Source: Tubulanus polymorphus
Taxonomy: Eukaryota > Animalia > Nemertea
Direction of reading: 5' to 3'
Assembly (NCBI RefSeq): GCF_964204645.1
Contig: NC_134025.1
Location: 31,999,561 to 32,063,560 of the forward strand
DNA: 64,000 nt
The notes under the pieces were generated by a model, which saw only the letters and a list, made by a program, of their open reading frames with translations, was not told where the DNA came from and searched no databases. Made by a program: the position numbers and the translations under genes. Shown here in pieces: positions 1 through 13,600 of the stretch; the stretch's first letter is position 1, and every line of letters starts with the position of its first letter.

Positions 1-3000
1 CTGAAGATGATTGACTCGATCTGAAATGATAGGTTAGGTAGACTGAACTGATTTCGAGTAGATGGACTGAAAGATACAGATTTTTCTTGCAAAATAGGGT
101 CCTAAAGATGATGAGTTCTATCTTAATTGATGGGTTAGGGTGTACTGAACTGATTTCAAATAGATAGGTTGAAAGAATCAGAATTTTCTTGCTGCTTTTG
201 GTTCTGAAGATGATGGATTTAATCTGAAAAGATGGGCTAAGGCGTATTGAACTGATTTCAAATAGATAGGTGGAAAGATTAAGAGTTTTCTGGCTATTTA
301 TGCTCCTGAAGATGATGGACTCGATCTGAAATGATAGGTTAAGGTAAACTGAACTGATTTCGAGTAGATGGACTGAAAGATACAAATTTTTCTTGCAAAA
401 TAGGGTCCTAAAGATGATGAATTCTATCTTAACTGATGGGTTAGGTTGAACTGAACTGATTTCAAATAGATAGGTAAAAAGAATCAGAATTTTCTGGCTG
501 CTTTTGGTTCTGAAGATGATGGATTCAATCTGAAAAGATGTGTTAAGGCGTATTGAACTGATTTAAAATAGATAGGTGGAAAGATTAAGAATTTTCTGGC
601 TATATGCTCCTGAAGATGATGGACTCGATCTGAAATGATAGGTTAAGGTAAACTGAACTGATTTCGAGTAGATGGACTGAAAGATACAGATTTTTCTTGC
701 AAAATAGGGTCCTAAAGATGATGAGTTCTATCTTAATTGATGGGTTAGGGTGTACTGAACTGATTTCAAATAGATAGGTGGAAAGATTAAGAATTTTCTG
801 GCTATTTATGCTCCTGAAGATGATGGACTCGATCTGAAATGATAGGTTAAGGTAAACTGAACTGATTTCGAGCAGATGGATTGAAAGATACAGATTTTTC
901 TTGCAAAATAGGGTCCTAAAGATGATGAATTCTATCTTAATTGATGGGTTAGGGTGTACTGAACTGATTTCAAATAGATAGGTTGAAAGAATCAGATTTT
1001 TCTGGCTGCCTTTGGTTCTCAAGATGATGGACTCAATCTGAAAAGATGGGCTAAGGCGTATTGAACTGATTTCAAATAGATAGGTGGAAAGATTAAGAAT
1101 TTTCTGGCTATTTATGCTCCTGAAGATGATGGACTCGATCTGAAATGATAGGTTAAGGTAAACTGAACTGATTTCGAGTAGATGGACTGAAAGATACAGA
1201 TTTTTCTTGCAAAATAGGGTCCTAAAGATGATGAATTCTATCTTAATTGATGGGTTAGGGTGAACTGAACTGATTTCAAATAGATAGGTGGATAGAATCA
1301 GAATTTTCTGGCTGCCTTTGGTTCTGAAGATGATGGACTCAATCTGAAAAGATGGGCTAAGGCGAATTGAACTGATTTCAAATAGATAGGTGGAAAGATT
1401 AAGAATTTTCTGGCTATTTATGCTCCTGAAGATGATGGACTCGATCTGAAATGATAGGTTAAGGTAAACTGAACTGATTTCGAGTAGATGGACTTAAAGA
1501 TACAGATTTTTCTTGCAAAATAGGGTCCTAAAGATGATGAGTTCTATCTTAATTGATGGGTTAGGGTGTACTGAACTGATTTCAAATAGATAGGTTGAAA
1601 GATTAAGAATTTTCTGGCTATTTATGCTCCTGAAGATGATGGACTCGATCTGAAATGATAGGTTAAGGTAAACTGAACTGATTTCGAGCAGATGGACTGA
1701 AAGATACAGATTTTTCTTGCAAAATAGGGTCCTAAAGATGATGAATTCTATCTTAATTGATGGGTTAGGGTGAACTGAACTGATTTCAAATAGATAGGTG
1801 GAAAGAATCAGAATTTTCTGGCTGCCTTTGGTTCTGAAGATGATGGACTCAATCTGAAAAGATGGGCTAAGGCGTATTGAACTGATTTCAAATAGATAGG
1901 TGTAAAGATTAAGAATTTTCTGGCTATTTATGCTCCTGAAGATGAAGGACTCGATCTGAAATGATAGGTTAAGGTAAACTGAACTGATTTCGAGTAGATG
2001 GACTGAAAGATACAGATTTTTCTTGCAAAATAGGGTCCTAAAGATGATGAATTCTATCTTAATTGATGGGTTAGGGTGAACTGAACTGATTTCAAATAGA
2101 TAGGTTGAAAGAATCAGAATTTTATGGCTGCTTTTGGTTCTGAAGATGATGGATTCAATCTGAAAAGATGGGCTAAGGCGTATTGAACTGATTTCAAATA
2201 GATAGGTGGAAAGATTAAGAATTTTCTGGCTATTTATGCTCCTGAAGATGATGGACTCGATCTGAAATGATAGGTTAAGGTAAACTGAATTGATTTCGAG
2301 TAGATGGACTGAAAGATACAGATTTTTCTTGCAAAATAGGGTCCTAAAGATGATGAATTCTATCTTAATTGATGGGTTAGGGTGTACTGAACTGATTTCA
2401 AATAGATAGGTTGAAAGAATCAGAATTTTCTGGCTGCTTTTGGTTCTGAAGATGATGGATTCAATCTGAAAAGATGTGTTAAGGCGTATTGAACTGATTT
2501 AAAATAGATAGGTGGAACGATTATGAATTTTCTGGCTATTTATGCTCCTGAAGATGATGGACTCGATCTGAAATGATAGGTTAAGGTAAACTGAACTGAT
2601 TTCGAGTAGATGGACTGAAAGATACAGATTTTTCTTGCAAAATAGGGTCCTAAAGATGATGAATTCTATCTTAATTGATGGGTTAGGGTGAACTGAACTG
2701 ATTTCAAATAGATAGGTTAAAAGAATCAGAATTTTCTGGCTGCTTTTGGTTCTGAAGATGATGGATTCAATCTGAAAAGATGGGCTAAGGCGTATTGAAC
2801 TGATTTCAAATAGATAGGTGGAAAGATTAAGAATTTTCTGGCTATTTATGCTCCTGAAGATGATGGACTCAATCTGAAATGATAGGTTAAGGTAAACTGA
2901 ACTGATTTCGAGTAGATGGACTGAAAGATACAGATTTTTCTTGCAAAATAGGGTCCTAAAGATGATGAATTCTATCTTAATTGATGGGTTAGGGTGTACT

Positions 3001-4650
3001 GAACTGATTTCAAATAGATAGGTTGAAAGAATCAGAATTTTCTGGCTGCTTTTGGTTCTGAAGATGATGGATTCAATCTGAAAAGATGTGTTAAGGCGTA
3101 TTGAACTGATTTCAAATAGATAGGTGCAAAGATTAAGAATTTTCTAGCTATTGATGCTCCTGAAGATGATTGACTCGATCTGAAATGATAGGTTAGGTAG
3201 ACTGAACTGATTTCGAGTAGATGGACTGAAAGATACAGATTTTTCTTGCAAAATAGGGTCCTAAAGATGATGAGTTCTATCTTAATTGATGGGTTAGGGT
3301 GTACTGAACTGATTTCAAATAGATAGGTTGAAAGAATCAGAATTTTCTTGCTGCTTTTGGTTCTGAAGATGATGGATTTAATCTGAAAAGATGGGCTAAG
3401 GCGTATTGAACTGATTTCAAATAGATAGGTGGAAAGATTAAGAGTTTTCTGGCTATTTATGCTCCTGAAGATGATGGACTCGATCTGAAATGATAGGTTA
3501 AGGTAAACTGAACTGATTTCGAGTAGATGGACTGAAAGATACAAATTTTTCTTGCAAAATAGGGTCCTAAAGATGATGAATTCTATCTTAACTGATGGGT
3601 TAGGTTGAACTGAACTGATTTCAAATAGATAGGTAAAAAGAATCAGAATTTTCTGGCTGCTTTTGGTTCTGAAGATGATGGATTCAATCTGAAAAGATGT
3701 GTTAAGGCGTATTGAACTGATTTAAAATAGATAGGTGGAAAGATTAAGAATTTTCTGGCTATATGCTCCTGAAGATGATGGACTCGATCTGAAATGATAG
3801 GTTAAGGTAAACTGAACTGATTTCGAGTAGATGGACTGAAAGATACAGATTTTTCTTGCAAAATAGGGTCCTAAAGATGATGAGTTCTATCTTAATTGAT
3901 GGGTTAGGGTGAACTGAACTGATTTCAAATAGATAGGTGGAAAGATTAAGAATTTTCTGGCTATTTATGCTCCTGAAGATGATGGACTCGATCTGAAATG
4001 ATAGGTTAAGGTAAACTGAACTGATTTCGAGCAGATGGATTGAAAGATACAGATTTTTCTTGCAAAATAGGGTCCTAAAGATGATGAATTCTATCTTAAT
4101 TGATGGGTTAGGGTGTACTGAACTGATTTCAAATAGATAGGTTGAAAGAATCAGATTTTTCTGGCTGCCTTTGGTTCTCAAGATGATGGACTCAATCTGA
4201 AAAGATGGGCTAAGGCGTATTGAACTGATTTCAAATAGATAGGTGGAAAGATTAAGAATTTTCTGGCTATTTATGCTCCTGAAGATGATGGACTCGATCT
4301 GAAATGATAGGTTAAGGTAAACTGAACTGATTTCGAGTAGATGGACTGAAAGATACAGATTTTTCTTGCAAAATAGGGTCCTAAAGATGATGAATTCTAT
4401 CTTAATTGATGGGTTAGGGTGAACTGAACTGATTTCAAATAGATAGGTGGATAGAATCAGAATTTTCTGGCTGCCTTTGGTTCTGAAGATGATGGACTCA
4501 ATCTGAAAAGATGGGCTAAGGCGAATTGAACTGATTTCAAATAGATAGGTGGAAAGATTAAGAATTTTCTGGCTATTTATGCTCCTGAAGATGATGGACT
4601 CGATCTGAAATGATAGGTTAAGGTAAACTGAACTGATTTCGAGTAGATGG
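1..4650 (+). repeat. Higher-order duplication, offset 3159 bp (31 monomers minus 3 bp); ~1-1490 recurs at ~3160-4650
   Basis: Rare variants (gattgactc, ggttaggtag, ggatttaatc, aagagtttt, ggctatatgc) recur at +3159; identical ORFs at 600 and 3759. Boundaries are approximate. Confidence 0.88.
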
Positions 4651-7600
4651 ACTGAAAGATACAGATTTTTCTTGCAAAATAGGGTCCTAAAGATGATGAA
4701 TTCTATCTTAATTGATGGGTTAGGGTGTACTGAACTGATTTCAAATAGATAGGTTGAAAGAATCAGAATTTTCTGGCTGCTTTTGGTTCTGAAGATGATG
4801 GATTCAATCTGAAAAGATGCGTTAAGGCGTATTGAACTGATTTCAAATAGATAGGTGGAAAGATTAAGAATTTTCTGGCTATTTATGCTCCTGAAGATGA
4901 TGGACTCGATCTGAAATGATAGGTTAAGGTAAACTGAACTGATTTCGAGTAGATGGACTTAAAGATGCAGATTTTTCTTGCAAAATAGGGTCCTAAAGAT
5001 GATGAGTTCTATCTTAATTGATGGGTTAGGGTGTACTGAACTGATTTCAAATAGATAGGTTGAAAGATTAAGAATTTTCTGGCTATTTATGCTCCTGAAG
5101 ATGATGGACTCGATCTGAAATGATAGGTTAAGGTAAACTGAACTGATTTCGAGCAGATGGACTGAAAGATACAGATTTTTCTTGCAAAATAGGGTCCTAA
5201 AGATGATGAATTCTATCTTAATTGATGGGTTAGGGTGAACTGAACTGATTTCAAATAGATAGGTGGAAAGAATCAGAATTTTCTGGCTGCCTTTGGTTCT
5301 AAAGATGATGGACTCAATCTGAAAAGATGGGCTAAGGCGTATTGAACTGATTTCAAATAGATAGGTGTAAAGATTAAGAATTTTCTGGCTATTTATGCTC
5401 CTGAAGATGAAGGACTCGATCTGAAATGATAGGTTAAGGTAAACTGAACTGATTTCGAGTAGATGGACTGAAAGATACAGATTTTGCTTGCAAAATAGGG
5501 TCCTAAAGATGATGAATTCTATCTTAATTGATGGGTTAGGGTGAACTGAACTGATTTCAAATAGATAGGTTGAAAGAATCAGAATTTTCTGGCTGCTTTT
5601 GGTTCTGAAGATGATGGATTCAATCTGAAAAGATGTGTTAAGGCGTATTGAACTGATTTCAAATAGATAGGTGGAAAGAATCAGAATTTTCTGGCTATTT
5701 ATGCTCCTGAAGATGATAAACTCGATCTGAAATGATAGGTTAAGGTAAACTGAATTGATTTCGAGTAGATGGACTGAAAGATACAGAATTTTCTTGCAAA
5801 ATAGGGTCCTAAAGATGATGAATTCTATCTTAATTGATGGGTTAGGGTGTACTGAACTGATTTCAAATAGATAGGTTGAAAGAATCAGAATTTTCTGGCT
5901 GCTTTTGGTTCTGAAGATGATGGATTCAATCTGAAAAGATGGGCTAAGGCGAATTGAACTGATTTCAAATAGATAGGTGGAAAGATTAAGAATTTTCTGG
6001 CTATTTATGCTCCTGAAGATGATGGACTCGATCTGAAATGATAGGTTAAGGTAAACTGAACTGATTTCGAGTAGATGGACTGAAAGATACAGATTTTTCT
6101 TGCAAAATAGGGTCCTAAAGATGATGAATTCTATCTTAATTGATGGGTTAGGGTGTACTGAACTGATTTCAAATAGATAGGTTGAAAGAATCAGAATTTT
6201 CTGGCTGCTTTTGGTTCTGAAGATGATGGATTCAATCTGAAAAGATGTGTTAAGGCGTATTGAACTGATTTAAAATAGATAGGTGGAAAGATTAAGAATT
6301 TTCTGGCTATTTATGCTCCTGAAGATGATGGACTCGATCTGAAATGATAGGTTAAGGTAAACTGAACTGATTTCGAGCAGATGGACTGAAAGATACAGAT
6401 TTTTCTTGCAAAATAGGGTCCTAAAGATGATGAATTCTATCTTAATTGATGGGTTAGGGTGAACTGAACTGATTTCAAATAGATAGGTGGAAAGAATCAG
6501 AATTTTCTGGCTGCCTTTGGTTCTGAAGATGATGGACTCAATCTGAAAAGATGGGCTAAGGCGTATTGAACTGATTTCAAATAGATAGGTGTAAAGATTA
6601 AGAATTTTCTGGCTATTTATGCTCCTGAAGATGAAGGACTCGATCTGAAATGATAGGTTAAGGTAAACTGAACTGATTTCGAGTAGATGGACTGAAAGAT
6701 ACAGATTTTTCTTGCAAAATAGGGTCCTAAAGATGATGAATTCTATCTTAATTGATGGGTTAGGGTGAACTGAACTGATTTCAAATAGATAGGTTGAAAG
6801 AATCAGAATTTTATGGCTGCTTTTGGTTCTGAAGATGATGGATTCAATCTGAAAAGATGGGCTAAGGCGTATTGAACTGATTTCAAATAGATAGGTGGAA
6901 AGATTAAGAATTTTCTGGCTATTTATGCTCCTGAAGATGATGGACTCGATCTGAAATGATAGGTTAAGGTAAACTGAATTGATTTCGAGTAGATGGACTG
7001 AAAGATACAGATTTTTCTTGCAAAATAGGGTCCTAAAGATGATGAATTCTATCTTAATTGATGGGTTAGGGTGTACTGAACTGATTTCAAATAGATAGGT
7101 TGAAAGAATCAGAATTTTCTGGCTGCTTTTGGTTCTGAAGATGATGGATTCAATCTGAAAAGATGTGTTAAGGCGTATTGAACTGATTTAAAATAGATAG
7201 GTGGAACGATTATGAATTTTCTGGCTATTTATGCTCCTGAAGATGATGGACTCGATCTGAAATGATAGGTTAAGGTAAACTGAACTGATTTCGAGTAGAT
7301 GGACTGAAAGATACAGATTTTTCTTGCAAAATAGGGTCCTAAAGATGATGAATTCTATCTTAATTGATGGGTTAGGGTGAACTGAACTGATTTCAAATAG
7401 ATAGGTTAAAAGAATCAGAATTTTCTGGCTGCTTTTGGTTCTGAAGATGATGGATTCAATCTGAAAAGATGGGCTAAGGCGTATTGAACTGATTTCAAAT
7501 AGATAGGTGGAAAGATTAAGAATTTTCTGGCTATTTATGCTCCTGAAGATGATGGACTCAATCTGAAATGATAGGTTAAGGTAAACTGAACTGATTTCGA

Positions 7601-10600
7601 GTAGATGGACTGAAAGATACAGATTTTTCTTGCAAAATAGGGTCCTAAAGATGATGAATTCTATCTTAATTGATGGGTTAGGGTGTACTGAACTGATTTC
7701 AAATAGATAGGTTGAAAGAATCAGAATTTTCTGGCTGCTTTTGGTTCTGAAGATGATGGATTCAATCTGAAAAGATGTGTTAAGGCGTATTGAACTGATT
7801 TCAAATAGATAGGTGCAAAGATTAAGAATTTTCTAGCTATTGATGCTCCTGAAGATGATTGACTCGATCTGAAATGATAGGTTAGGTAGACTGAACTGAT
7901 TTCGAGTAGATGGACTGAAAGATACAGATTTTTCTTGCAAAATAGGGTCCTAAAGATGATGAGTTCTATCTTAATTGATGGGTTAGGGTGTACTGAACTG
8001 ATTTCAAATAGATAGGTTGAAAGAATCAGAATTTTCTTGCTGCTTTTGGTTCTGAAGATGATGGATTTAATCTGAAAAGATGGGCTAAGGCGTATTGAAC
8101 TGATTTCAAATAGATAGGTGGAAAGATTAAGAGTTTTCTGGCTATTTATGCTCCTGAAGATGATGGACTCGATCTGAAATGATAGGTTAAGGTAAACTGA
8201 ACTGATTTCGAGTAGATGGACTGAAAGATACAAATTTTTCTTGCAAAATAGGGTCCTAAAGATGATGAATTCTATCTTAACTGATGGGTTAGGTTGAACT
8301 GAACTGATTTCAAATAGATAGGTAAAAAGAATCAGAATTTTCTGGCTGCTTTTGGTTCTGAAGATGATGGATTCAATCTGAAAAGATGTGTTAAGGCGTA
8401 TTGAACTGATTTAAAATAGATAGGTGGAAAGATTAAGAATTTTCTGGCTATATGCTCCTGAAGATGATGGACTCGATCTGAAATGATAGGTTAAGGTAAA
8501 CTGAACTGATTTCGAGTAGATGGACTGAAAGATACAGTTTTTTCTTGCAAAATAGGGTCCTAAAGATGATGAGTTCTATCTTAATTGATGGGTTAGGGTG
8601 TACTGAACTGATTTCAAATAGATAGGTGGAAAGATTAAGAATTTTCTGGCTATTTATGCTCCTGAAGATGATGGACTCGATCTGAAATGATAGGTTAAGG
8701 TAAACTGAACTGATTTCGAGCAGATGGATTGAAAGATACAGATTTTTCTTGCAAAATAGGGTCCTAAAGATGATGAATTCTATCTTAATTGATGGGTTAG
8801 GGTGTACTGAACTGATTTCAAATAGATAGGTTGAAAGAATCAGATTTTTCTGGCTGCCTTTGGTTCTCAAGATGATGGACTCAATCTGAAAAGATGGGCT
8901 AAGGCGTATTGAACTGATTTCAAATAGATAGGTGGAAAGATTAAGAATTTTCTGGCTATTTATGCTCCTGAAGATGATGGACTCGATCTGAAATGATAGG
9001 TTAAGGTAAACTGAACTGATTTCGAGTAGATGGACTGAAAGATACAGATTTTTCTTGCAAAATAGGGTCCTAAAGATGATGAATTCTATCTTAATTGATG
9101 GGTTAGGGTGAACTGAACTGATTTCAAATAGATAGGTGGATAGAATCAGAATTTTCTGGCTGCCTTTGGTTCTGAAGATGATGGACTCAATCTGAAAAGA
9201 TGGGCTAAGGCGAATTGAACTGATTTCAAATAGATAGGTGGAAAGATTAAGAATTTTCTGGCTATTTATGCTCCTGAAGATGATGGACTCGATCTGAAAT
9301 GATAGGTTAAGGTAAACTGAACTGATTTCGAGTAGATGGACTGAAAGATACAGATTTTTCTTGCAAAATAGGGTCCTAAAGATGATGAATTCTATCTTAA
9401 TTGATGGGTTAGGGTGTACTGAACTGATTTCAAATAGATAGGTTGAAAGAATCAGAATTTTCTGGCTGCTTTTGGTTCTGAAGATGATGGATTCAATCTG
9501 AAAAGATGCGTTAAGGCGTATTGAACTGATTTCAAATAGATAGGTGGAAAGATTAAGAATTTTCTGGCTATTTATGCTCCTGAAGATGATGGACTCGATC
9601 TGAAATGATAGGTTAAGGTAAACTGAACTGATTTCGAGTAGATGGACTTAAAGATGCAGATTTTTCTTGCAAAATAGGGTCCTAAAGATGATGAGTTCTA
9701 TCTTAATTGATGGGTTAGGGTGTACTGAACTGATTTCAAATAGATAGGTTGAAAGATTAAGAATTTTCTGGCTATTTATGCTCCTGAAGATGATGGACTC
9801 GATCTGAAATGATAGGTTAAGGTAAACTGAACTGATTTCGAGCAGATGGACTGAAAGATACAGATTTTTCTTGCAAAATAGGGTCCTAAAGATGATGAAT
9901 TCTATCTTAATTGATGGGTTAGGGTGAACTGAACTGATTTCAAATAGATAGGTGGAAAGAATCAGAATTTTCTGGCTGCCTTTGGTTCTGAAGATGATGG
10001 ACTCAATCTGAAAAGATGGGCTAAGGCGTATTGAACTGATTTCAAATAGATAGGTGTAAAGATTAAGAATTTTCTGGCTATTTATGCTCCTGAAGATGAA
10101 GGACTCGATCTGAAATGATAGGTTAAGGTAAACTGAACTGATTTCGAGTAGATGGACTGAAAGATACAGATTTTGCTTGCAAAATAGGGTCCTAAAGATG
10201 ATGAATTCTATCTTAATTGATGGGTTAGGGTGAACTGAACTGATTTCAAATAGATAGGTTGAAAGAATCAGAATTTTCTGGCTGCTTTTGGTTCTGAAGA
10301 TGATGGATTCAATCTGAAAAGATGTGTTAAGGCGTATTGAACTGATTTCAAATAGATAGGTGGAAAGAATCAGAATTTTCTGGCTGCTTTTGGTTCTGAA
10401 GATGATGGATTCAATCTGAAATGATGTGTTAAGGCGTATTGAACTGATTTCAAATAGATAGGTGGAAAGATTAAGAATTTTCTGGCTATTTATGCTCCTG
10501 AAGATGATAAACTCGATCTGAAATGATAGGTTAAGGTAAACTGAATTGATTTCGAGTAGATGGACTGAAAGATACAGATTTTTCTTGCAAAATAGGGTCC

Positions 10601-13600
10601 TAAAGATGATGAATTCTATCTTAATTGATGGGTTAGGGTGTACTGAACTGATTTCAAATAGATAGGTTGAAAGAATCAGAATTTTCTGGCTGCTTTTGGT
10701 TCTGAAGATGATGGATTCAATCTGAAAAGATGTGTTAAGGCGTATTGAACTGATTTCAAATAGATAGGTGGAAAGATTAAGAATTTTCTGGCTATTTATG
10801 CTCCTGAAGATGATGGACTCGATCTGAAATGATAGGTTAAGGTAAACTGAACTGATTTCGAGCAGATGGACTGAAAGATACAGATTTTTCTTGCAAAATA
10901 GGGTCCTAAAGATGATGAATTCTATCTTAATTGATGGGTTAGGGTGTACTGAACTGATTTCAAATAGATAGGTTGAAAGAATCAAAATTTTCTGGCTGCC
11001 TTTGGTTCTCAAGATGATGGACTCAATCTGAAAAGATGGGCTAAGGCGTATTGAACTGATTTCAAATAGATAGGTGGAAAGATTAAGAATTTTCTGGCTA
11101 TTTATGCTCCTGAAGATGATGGACTCGATCTGAAATGATAGGTTAAGGTAAACTGAACTGATTTCGAGTAGATGGACTGAAAGATACAGATTTTTCTTGC
11201 AAAATAGGGTCCTAAAGATGATGAATTCTATCTTAATTGATGGGTTAGGGTGAACTGAACTGATTTCAAATAGATAGGTGGATAGAATCAGAATTTTCTG
11301 GCTGCCTTTGGTTCTGAAGATGATGGACTCAATCTGAAAAGATGGGCTAAGGCGAATTGAACTGATTTCAAATAGATAGGTGGAAAGATTAAGAATTTTC
11401 TGGCTATTTATGCTCCTGAAGATGATGGACTCAATCTGAAATGATAGGTTAAGGTAAACTGAACTGATTTCGAGTAGATGGACTTAAAGATACAGATTTT
11501 TCTTGCAAAATAGGGTCCTAAAGATGATGAGTTCTATCTTAATTGATGGGTTAGGGTGTACTGAACTGATTTCAAATAGATAGGTTGAAAGATTAAGAAT
11601 TTTCTGGCTATTTATGCTCCTGAAGATGATGGACTCGATCTGAAATGATAGGTTAAGGTAAACTGAACTGATTTCGAGCAGATGGACTGAAAGATACAGA
11701 TTTTTCTTGCAAAATAGGGTCCTAAAGATGATGAATTCTATCTTAATTGATGGGTTAGGGTGAACTGAACTGATTTCAAATAGATAGGTGGAAAGAATCA
11801 GAATTTTCTGGCTGCCTTTGGTTCTGAAGATGATGGACTCAATCTGAAAAGATGGGCTAAGGCGTATTGAACTGATTTCAAATAGATAGGTGTAAAGATT
11901 AAGAATTTTCTGGCTATTTATGCTCCTGAAGATGAAGGACTCGATCTGAAATGATAGGTTAAGGTAAACTGAACTGATTTCGAGTAGATGGACTGAAAGA
12001 TACAGATTTTTCTTGCAAAATAGGGTCCTAAAGATGATGAGTTCTATCTTAATTGATGGGTTAGGGTGAACTGAACTGATTTCAAATAGATAGGTTGAAA
12101 GAATCAGAATTTTATGGCTGCTTTTGGTTCTGAAGATGATGGATTCAATCTGAAAAGATGGGCTAAGGCGTATTGAACTGATTTCAAATAGATAGGTGGA
12201 AAGATTAAGAATTTTCTGGCTATTTATGCTCCTGAAGATGATGGACTCGATCTGAAATGATAGGTTAAGGTAAACTGAATTGATTTCGAGTAGATGGATT
12301 GATAGATACAGATTTTTCTTGCAAAATAGGGTCCTAAAGATGATGAATTCTATCTTAATTGATCGGTTAGGGTGTACTGAACTGATTTCAAATAGATAGG
12401 TTGAAAGAATCAGAATTTTCTGGCTGCTTTTGGTTCTGAAGATGATGGATTCAATCTGAAAAGATGTGTTAAGGCGTATTGAACTGATTTAAAATAGATA
12501 GGTGGAAAGATTCAGAATTTTCTGGCTATTTATGCTCCTGAAGATGATGGACTCGATCTGAAATGATAGGTTAAGGTAAACTGAACTGATTTCGAGTAGA
12601 TGGACTGAAAGATACAGATTTTTCTTGCAAAATAGGGTCCTAAAGATGATGAATTCTATCTTAATTGATGGGTTAGGGTGAACTGAACTGATTTCAAATA
12701 GATAGGTTAAAAGAATCAGAATTTTCTGGCTGCTTTTGGTTCTGAAGATGATGGATTCAATCTGAAAAGATGGGCTAAGGCGTATTGAACTGATTTCAAA
12801 TAGATAGGTGGAAAGATTAAGAATTTTCTGGCTATTTATGCTCCTGAAGATGATTGACTCGATCTGAAATGATAGGTTAGGTAGACTGAACTGATTTCGA
12901 GTAGATGGACTGAAAGATACAGATTTTTCTTGCAAAATAGGGTCCTAAAGATGATGAGTTCTATCTTAATTGATGGGTTAGGGTGTACTGAACTGATTTC
13001 AAATAGATAGGTTGAAAGAATCAGAATTTTCTGGTTGCTTTTGGTTCTGAAGATGATGGATTCAATCTGAAAAGGTGTTAAGGCGTATTGAACTGATTTC
13101 AAATAGATAGGTGCAAAGATTAAGAATTTTTTAGCTATTTATGCTCCTGAAGACGATGGACTCGATCTGAAATGATAGGTTAAGGTAGACTGAACTGATT
13201 CTGAATAGATGGACTGAAAGATATAGATTTTTCTTGCAAAATAGGGTCCTAAAGATGATGAGTTCTATCTTAATTGATGGCTTAGGGTGTACTGAACTGA
13301 TTTCAAATAGATAGGTGGAAAGATTAAGAATTTTCTGGCTATTTATGCTCCTGAAGATGATGGACTCGATCTGAAATGATAGGTTAAGGTAAACTGAACT
13401 GATTTCGGGTAGATGGACTGAAAGATACAGATTTTTCTTGCAAAATAGGGTCCTAAAGATGATGAATTCTATCTTAATTGATGGGTTAGGGTGTACTGAA
13501 CTGATTTCAAATAGATAGGTTGAAAGAATCAGAATTTTCTGGCTGCCTTTGGTTCTCAAGATGATGGACTCAATCTGAAAAGATGGGCTAAGGCGTATTG

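Noticed and set aside
9648-11012. TPR, ankyrin, PPR or LRR repeat protein suggested by the 34-aa period
   Set aside because: The unit lacks the TPR small-residue pattern (G8, A20, A27, P32), the ankyrin TPLH motif and a consistent LxxLxLxxN; only the length coincides.
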